Positions 50,836 through 64,000 of a DNA stretch of 64,000 nt are shown here, one piece after another. A model generated the notes under the pieces. The model was not told the origin of the DNA. It did not search any database and worked only from the letters and a program-made list of their open reading frames with translations. Each line of letters opens with the position of its first letter. Position 1 is the stretch's first letter. This stretch comes from Antedon mediterranea. Its lineage: Eukaryota; Animalia; Echinodermata. A program made the translations under genes and the position numbers. The DNA lies in contig NC_092670.1 in assembly GCF_964355755.1 (NCBI RefSeq), positions 18,524,795 through 18,588,794 of the forward strand. The letters are read 5' to 3'.

Positions 50836-51600
50836 GGTTCACATGTGCGCATATAACAGGTTGGTTCACATGTGCACATATAACAGGTTGGTTCACATGT
50901 GCACCTATAAAAGTTTGGTTCACATGTGTGCATATAACAGGTTGGTTCACATGTGCACCTATAACAGGTTGGTTCACATGTGCGCATATAACAGGTTGGT
51001 TCACATGTGCACATATAGCAGGTTGGTTCACATGTGCGCATATAACAGGTTGGTTCACATGTGCACATATAGCAGGTTGGTTCACATGTGCACCTATAAC
51101 AGTTTGGTTCACATGTGTGCATATAACAGGTTGGTTCACATGTGCGCATATAACAGGTTGGTTCACATGTGCGCATATAACAGGTTGGTTCACATGTGCG
51201 CATATAACAGGTTGGTTCACATGTGCGCATATAACAGGTTGGTTCACATGTGCACCTATAACAGGTTGGTTCACATGTGTGCATATAACAGGTTGGTTCA
51301 CATGTGCGCATATAACAGGTTGGTTCACATGTGCACCTATAACAGTTTGGTTCACATGTGTGCATATAACAGGTTGGTTCACATGTGCACCTATAACAGG
51401 TTGGTTCACATGTGCGCATATAACAGGTTGGTTCACATGTGTGCATATAACAGGTTGGTTCACATGTGCACCTATAACAGGTTGGTTCACATGTGCACAT
51501 ATAACAGGTTGGTTCACATGTGCGCATATAACAGGTTGGTTCACATGTGCGCATATATCAAGTTGGTTCACATGTGCGCATGTTAACAGGTTGGTTCACA
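50836..51600. repeat. 27-bp minisatellite, ~28 copies
   Basis: Unit GGTTGGTTCACATGTG(C/T)(G/A)C(A/C)TATAACA; the unit length is a multiple of 3, which explains the four overlapping repeat ORFs. Confidence 0.95.
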
Positions 51601-52649
51601 TCACTTAATTCATACATTTGACTGCCTGTACAGATATACAGCCAGCTGTTGTTTTAACTGGAATTTTGACTGCATTATGATATAGTGTAAAAAGTAAACA
51701 ATATAGCAAACTTTATATAATAATAATATAACAGTATAATACAACATTTAAATGGGAATAATTATTATACTTTGTATATGACAACATTCTCAGGTTAATT
51801 ATTGGAGAATGGCAATTCTGCTATTAAATTTATTTATTTTGCAATTTCTTTTCGAAAGGTGCAGCTTTGAACCTCTTTTGAATTGTGTGCTGATTGTAAT
51901 TAAATGATGGTGCAATATCTCAACATCGAAAGCTGTTGTATTCAATATTCAGCTACCTACAGTATGTGTGCTTTCGTATATTATTTAAACACTTTTATCC
52001 TTATATTTTATGTGTCATTTTTAAAAGTACTTTTTATTACACTACTATTTATAATTAATATTTTTCTTTTGTTATTTTAACCATTCCACCTCATATTTTA
52101 TGTGTTTGTCATTTTTTTTAATTGAATTTTATTATTATAGTGTCATTTTAACATTTTTCAATTAATTTCACATTCCAATGTAATGTCAGGTGTGAAATAT
52201 CTCACTGTGACAGGAACATATTCTCCATATATATATATATATACATTTAATGCAAAATATAATATACAGTAGTTTTATATATTATTTCTGCAGCAAGTTG
52301 CTGGAAGTAGTAGGCCTAAGCAACAACTAAATGATGCATAGTAGGCAGTTATGTACATACTGCAGCAAGTTAGAATTACTGCAGCAGTAATAGTGCCTTA
52401 GTAGCAAATATTATATAATTGTTATGATTTTAAAAATTACTGGATTGATAATTTTGTATTGGTGGTAATAGAGTAAATTACTATAGAACCTCTCTTTGGT
52501 GACACCCCTATTAAGGTGCAACAAACGAGAGGTACCTCAATTCAAAGAACCCCACTATTATGTAACACTTTGGTTTCTAAAGGTGTCCTGTTCAATTCTA
52601 CTGTAGTGTTGCTACTATGTTATGAGGTAACATTCAACAGGTCGTCTTA

Positions 52650-52859
52650 AGGCCAACTCAGACAGTGTCGTACGACGAAGACCAACGAGTCAGCTCGTTA
52701 GGAGAAATTTAAACATGTTTAATGTTCTCCCGACGACCTGAAAACTATGTTCGATGGCTATCTCAAGACGACTTGTCTCGTCGGGATTCAACTCCGACAG
52801 CATTGACAAGTCGAGACGTTTCGTTGGGCCACGTTGTACGATGCTCTCTGAGTTGGCCT
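52650..52859. mobile_element. MITE, PIF/Harbinger-like
   Basis: TIR AGGCCAACTCAGA / TCTGAGTTGGCCT with TTA on both sides. Confidence 0.75.
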
Positions 52860-53522
52860 TTAGGCAGCTACATTGAGCGTTAGGCAGTAGGAACTTTTCT
52901 AGTCGTTTAATTATCGATAGACCTTCTTCAGGTTTGCTTTTAAGCTAAAACTCTTTCTACACTATCAAACTTTAACTGACAAAAAAATGTGATTTGCCCA
53001 TATATAGACATGATGATGTCATATCACTACCATATTTGAGCATATTACTACCATATTTGGACAGATTTGGACTAGTTTGATAGTGTAGACAGAGCCCTTT
53101 ATTTAAAAAATAGTTCCTATTGCTTTGTGTTTTATATATACTGTAAATATATTGTATACATTTGTTACATTCATGTACAGTACTGTAATATACATTTATT
53201 AATAAAACAATAGATACACAGTACTGTATTCTATTACATAAACATAAATAATACACACTCAGTAATAACTAATACAACTAATTTCATTTACAACGTATGT
53301 ATAATTTTACATTTAATTCATTTATAAGTCTGTTATGGAGCAAATTCAGAAGGGACCAACTGGTGTTATAAAGCAGTATAAAAATAATATTAATATTGAG
53401 TAACTTCCAATTCTTTACTATAATAAGTTATGTAATTATTTTATATTGTTGTGTTTATCATTATGAAAAGAACACTATTTGACATCATATAAGTCAATTT
53501 TATTCCAATTTTCATCATTCCT

Positions 53523-56173
53523 TCATTGACTCGATAGTTTCAGTAATTTAATAGCAACATCTTTATTATAATAAAATACTGGTGTTGGTACATTCTTTAC
53601 CTCCTGCCAACAAATAGATTTTGTATCTGAAAAGAAAAAGAACATCATTATTTACCCAACAACAAATTATGTGTGAATACAAATGACAAAACTTCATAAC
53701 TTTTTTACTTATATGAACAATAGTCAAACCAGTAATCAATAGTAAATATATAATAATGTATTTTACCTTTATTAATAGCTTATTTAATTAATGGTAGTAA
53801 TAAACTCACCTAAAACATCAAGGAATTTGCTAAAAGTTGTATCATTTCTAATTGTTGACGAGACATATGCGACTGATGATGATGATAATAGAGATGAGAG
53901 CACCTTTACAAGTGGTTCAAGTAACCGGTCATCATAAACTACATCTAATATTCAACAGGTTTTAGGGAAGTTAGTTAAAGTATTGACAGATATAACAACA
54001 AACGACGGACGACTCCAGCTGCTTTAAAATAAAGTAGCTGGAGTCATCTGATGGACACGATGATGTCATATCACTACCATATTTGGGCACATCACACTTT
54101 TTTTGTCAAACTAGCTTGATAGTGTAGACTGAGCTTTACTGCAGTACAATTGACGGATATAACGAGTAAACAACAAAGAAGGAGCTACTTTTATGAGTTA
54201 CTGCAGTACTTACCAGAAGCTAATATCACATCTGACCGTAAATCTTTCACTTCCTGTTCGGTGAACGCTTCCCAATCCAAGTGTTTAATACGTGTTATGT
54301 CCTGTCTGCTGCCATCAGTATCTGAACACACGAAATATGAGTTGTCATCGTTTTCTGTTTTATCACATCTTTGTTTTTGTATGTTACAACAATCATCGTT
54401 TTCACTGTATGATTCTTGCACAGTGTTTAATGTCACATTTTTCCTCAGTGTTCTTAGTACATTTTCATGACCGTCTGTAAATGTGTATGTTGCTGGGCAA
54501 CAGAATTTACTGATGACTAGACCGGTTAATCCAAGACCACTTCCCAATTCTAAAACATGTCTAAAAATAACATATAAATATAAAACACTATTTGTTTTCT
54601 TTGCTTCCAATAAAAAACAAGCTACATGTAAAATGTTTCTTAATATTTCTTTGGGACTTACTTATCTTTTAGTATTTGTTTATTTTCTATTGCCCATTCT
54701 GTGAGGTACTTGGCTGCCTGCCAAGTACACAGGCCAGTTGTCCCATGGGATATCATTTGAGTTGATTCCTGTAATGTAATACACTCATCTGGTGACTAAA
54801 AAAGAAACGGTTGTTTAGATATTATATATTATATTGTTATGGATTTTGAACTGTGTGTGGTGTGTAATTTGAAATCCACACTGCCAGTTAGTCTGTGTGT
54901 GCTGCAGTGAGGCAACAACTATTATTATATTTAATCCACACTGCCAGTTAGTCTGTGTGTGCTGCAGTGAGGCAACAACTATTATTATATTTAATTGCGT
55001 TGAGGGTATAGGAAATTAATGAAAACTTACTATAAAGTAGGTCTTGTAACAGACTTCGCTGACCTCATTTGACTTTCCAATGAGCATTGTATATGATTCA
55101 TAAAGTTCATCACAGATTTCAAAGTTATTTTCTTCACACTAAAATATAGATGTATTGACAAGTTAAAACTGTGTCAATATATTAAAAAATGGATGATGAA
55201 CAAAGGGTTGGTTAACCAATGTTAGTGTATAATATTTAAGGTATGTTTTGATTGTACCATTTCAATGTGTGTACAGGTCTAAATATTTCTTAAAATTGAA
55301 ATTTGAAACATTTAATAATGCATATTTTTCTGATTTTTAAAATGTTTTTCACAAATAAAAGTTGTATAATAAAAATATAAGTAGCGGTATAATAAAGCAA
55401 CAACCTTTCCTAACCTAACCATATCCTTTCATGCTCACAAACCTTTTTCAGAATTGCTTTCACAAAACACTGTTGGTAAGATGACGACGGTGCAAACTGT
55501 TGACAGAGGGCACTATTCACAGTCTGGAAAAAAATTTTTAAATAATAGTACTGTATTTGAAAAATCTCGTCGAGATGTGAATTTCACACCTTTTGTGAGT
55601 ATATGCCATGACAGCACAACCACGTCACAACAAATTTGAGTTCAGAAATATATGTAGTGTCTAAACAAAAGCAGTTCAGCAGTATTCCTAACCATGTTTA
55701 ATAGATCGACTTGCTCTTCCAATGTTTCAAAAATAAAATGCCCCTCATCATCCTGAAAAAATAATTTTAAAATAAATTGATTTAAATTTGATTTAATTTA
55801 CATAATCAAAAATAAAAATGGTATTAATAGAATTATCACTGTAATGTTTTAATCCATGGTTCAATAATGCAAATTTACAACGTATTTAGGTCCTCTTGTC
55901 CACATACACATCTGACATCACCACCACCACGACCTTCCCGTTGCTAAACTCAACTCAGTCAGGCATATATACCACTTTAGCCTAGAAATTATCACTGCTA
56001 TCTATATGCATCTTATGTTATTAAAGTAATAATAATAAATATAATACACTATAAATATTTGGTATTATAGACACAGACACTACCTGAAATGTAAGATCTT
56101 TTATTAAAATAACGCTAAAAAACTGTGTTTTTATAGTGTACAAACTTGTACACGTTCTCTTTCCACTTGCCAT
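53523..56173 (-). CDS. EEF2KMT: Protein-lysine N-methyltransferase EEF2KMT (FAM86A), 352 aa
   Basis: Exons 56084-56173, 55693-55752, 55443-55523, 55031-55138, 54662-54795, 54214-54560, 53810-53944, 53523-53626 (1059 nt). ISHGTTGLCTWQAA, VLELGSGLGLTG, YTFTDGH, LDW, ASDVVYD and TIRN motifs plus a FAM86 N-domain. Confidence 0.92.
54873..54995. repeat. Perfect 60-bp tandem duplication in an EEF2KMT intron
   Basis: AATCCACACTGCCAGTTAGTCTGTGTGTGCTGCAGTGAGGCAACAACTATTATTATATTT x2. Confidence 0.9.
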
Positions 56174-57336
56174 GCTGCGATACGCTCTAGTGATTTCTAA
56201 AGTAAATATTATAATACCGCCATCTATAGTTTAACGCGACTACGGGCGGTTGGTCTCTCAGTCGGTCAGTTTTTCGATTATTATTTTTTTTTAAATTATA
56301 GTAAATGGTACATTTATGGAGAACAGCCTTATACATCAGCCCCTATTAATCAATAATAAATTACTATTTTAGGCCATGGAGAATGTTATACTGAGCTACA
56401 TGATATAAAATAAATAGGAATTCTACTATAGGCCTAGTTTTTAATAATAGGTTATGTAATACCAAACCGATTTCATTTTATCAATTCTGATATCTTCAAA
56501 TCATATTTTAAAAAGGATTTATTTTTTATTTTTAACCGATTCCAGAAGTATCGAGTCTGGTGACAACTTCTTTCTAAACCACAAGAGACACTTTAATTAA
56601 ATTAACAGACTTACAAAGATCGTGTTAATAACCATCCATAAGGACTAGCCTATTACTGCGTACTTATTCCATTCTTCTTGGGAATAGTAAAAGTTTATGT
56701 GGTTTCTCTGCGCTGCTCGTCAATGAAAAGCCGAAATCCAGGGTATTTTCATATAATCTATTGTTCTTTATCATAATACAATTATTTCGTGTCCACAAAG
56801 CATAACGCGATGGATTTAGTGATAACAAAACTGAATTTATACAATACTCTGTTATTATGACTCCTGTATATTTCGTTACTAAACAAAAAAAAACCAGTTC
56901 AGTTGCTTTGTGTGGTACCGCCTTGCCTAATTATGTTCATCTATTCAATATCGGAAAACGCCACTATCCAGGGATTCATCTAGGTACCGTGCATCGTGTA
57001 TGCATCGTACTAATATTAATATTAATAATTTTTTCATTAACCAATTTAACATTAGTGTATTGTATGCCTTAATTATGTTTTGTTCAATATGCAACAATAT
57101 CGGAAAACGCCATATCAAAGAACAGTGCATATGGTCTGCTTCTGAGTATGTTTATAATACTGAAGTGAAATTGTACAAATAATATATGGATATAATTATA
57201 ATACATTTTTATCTTTCATCGAATGATAGCCTACCGTTTTATTCATAATGGTATCCTACATTAAAGTATACATGCTCACATTTAGGATCAATTTTTATAT
57301 ATTCATTTTAAATAATAAAAAATTAAAAGTTCTGAA

Positions 57337-57625
57337 ATCCATACCTGAAATTAAATTTAATAACTCCATAATTAATTTCTAATTACATTTCACATAAGGC
57401 CTATCCTTATTATTTTTGAATAAAATTATTTCACATTCCTAAACAGATAATAATTATAGTGGCTTTATTGTCTTGACTAAAGATCCATACCTGAAATTAA
57501 AGTTTAATGACAAATTTAATTAATTTCTAATTACATTTCGCAGTCTGTCATTATTTTTTAAATAAACTTATTTCACATACCTAAACAGATAATAACTATT
57601 ATAGTTGTTTGATCGCCTTGACTAA
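57337..57625. repeat. ~146-bp imperfect tandem duplication upstream of GRB2
   Basis: ATCCATACCTGAAATTAAA...CCTAAACAGATAATAA...CTTGACTAAAG starts at 57337 and 57483. Confidence 0.8.
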
Positions 57626-57793
57626 AGTAATAAATAATTAAAACTGCTGGTAATCATAGACCATAGACTAGGAAAAATGAATGATGAATAAATAATAACT
57701 TCCTACGCGAACCTACGCGTAGTGCGACGAGTCATAATATTTGAGCGGATGCAAACCGTAGTGACCCCTGGCTGCTCTCTGGTAGACTGTTAG

Positions 57794-62833
<5,040 letters not shown>

Positions 62834-64000
62834 AAGGACAAAAACGATTGTAAATGAAGAACTGAAACTATTGAGTCAGAATTTACATTTCTTTGCACCA
62901 TAACTTTTTTTTATAAATATTTTTGGGTATCCTGAAAAATTACAAAGAAAGAAAAATGAAGCGAATACTGATATCAGGAAAATATGACAGAAGGAGAAAT
63001 TTGTTATATATAAAGGTCTGTCTACACTATCAAACTGTGACAAAAAATGTGATGTGCCCATATGTGGACATGATGATGTCATATACTACCATATTTGGGG
63101 ATATTACCACCATATTTGGGCACATCACACTTTTTGGTCAGTTTGCTTTAGTTTACTTCAACTAACATCACATGTATTTATGAAATGAAATTTACTACTA
63201 TTTGTGAAGGGAATTGGTGAGAGAAGAGGTACCAAGATTTGAGAAACTATACCGTCTTTCGTGAAATAAGATATTGCTATACGGTTTATTATGTAAAAAG
63301 TATATTTTTAAAAGAAAATTATTAAAGATCTATATTCTTGTAGTTACCTAAGGTTATCGTTTCGTAAAATATTGCTACAGAAACCAAAAAAAAAAAAAAA
63401 AAAAAATCAGATTGATTAGGGTTCTTGTGATTGGTAGGGAAGGGATGGCTGAGTACAGGTGCTGGCATTTTTGTATTTCTAAGGTGAAAGAAGACTATTC
63501 CTGTTTTATACACCCACCTTATACTACTGTACTTATAGATTTCATTTTCGTAGAATACTTACTGCACCAAATGCAAGATTACTGTACTGTAAAGTGATAA
63601 GTAGTATAAATGCATACATCTTGCATCTACCTCGACTATTGCACTCATTTTGTTATTTACCAAGAAGTGTCTATAATGCTTGTTTTAGAAATTTAAACAT
63701 TTATTTTTGTACCTCTCGTACTTTACAGAAGAATGTCGTACGAAATGTTATGTCTGGAAAATTGTTTATAAATGGGTTTTGACTTTTGAATGATTATACA
63801 TGTATATTTTTTTTTTGGGAAATTGAAACATTGAAAAAGCAGTTTTAAACAGATATTTTAGTAAAGCTGGTTTGTTATATGTTAGAATTTTTTCACATTT
63901 TTCAACCATTGTGTTTCATAATTTACTTTAATGTGTATTCTGGCCAAAAAGCATTATTTTTAAGAGTACAGTATTTTCTTTGATTTCACTTGAATGCAAT

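Noticed and set aside
50807-51608. Four long Cys/His-rich repeat ORFs; CRISPR-like periodicity
   Set aside because: Artefact of a 27-bp tandem unit; there are no unique spacers and the context is eukaryotic.
52895-52932. Third hammerhead-like motif (CTGAAGA on the minus strand)
   Set aside because: Lacks an intact GAAA and stem II.

Overview
AT-rich, intron-containing animal genomic DNA, not prokaryotic; the protein and repeat style suggests a marine invertebrate, possibly an echinoderm (inference). Eight spliced protein genes reconstruct by hand with consistent exon phases and alternate in four head-to-head pairs: TTC30/IFT70 (-, runs off the left edge) | SLC25A10 (+), PIGQ (-) | B9D1 (+), VEZT (-) | RGS9/11-like R7 RGS (+), EEF2KMT (-) | GRB2 (+). 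The main discovery is that the PIGQ transcription unit looks like a snoRNA host. It has a pyrimidine-start first exon, four more short non-coding exons and nine intronic box C/D RNAs, one per intron. Six paralogues are antisense to the 28S rRNA 5' domain, a seventh paralogue appears retargeted to another 28S site, and two unrelated RNAs match 5.8S (Gm75 register) and 28S. rRNA matches rely on remembered conserved rRNA sequence and need checking. Introns also hold many non-autonomous DNA transposons (AcademH-like 9-bp TSD x2, hAT-like with 5- and 6-bp TSDs, piggyBac-, Kolobok-, Harbinger-, Helentron- and Crypton-like), LINE/SINE relics and a Penelope-type tandem hammerhead pair. A 27-bp minisatellite lies downstream of the RGS stop codon.
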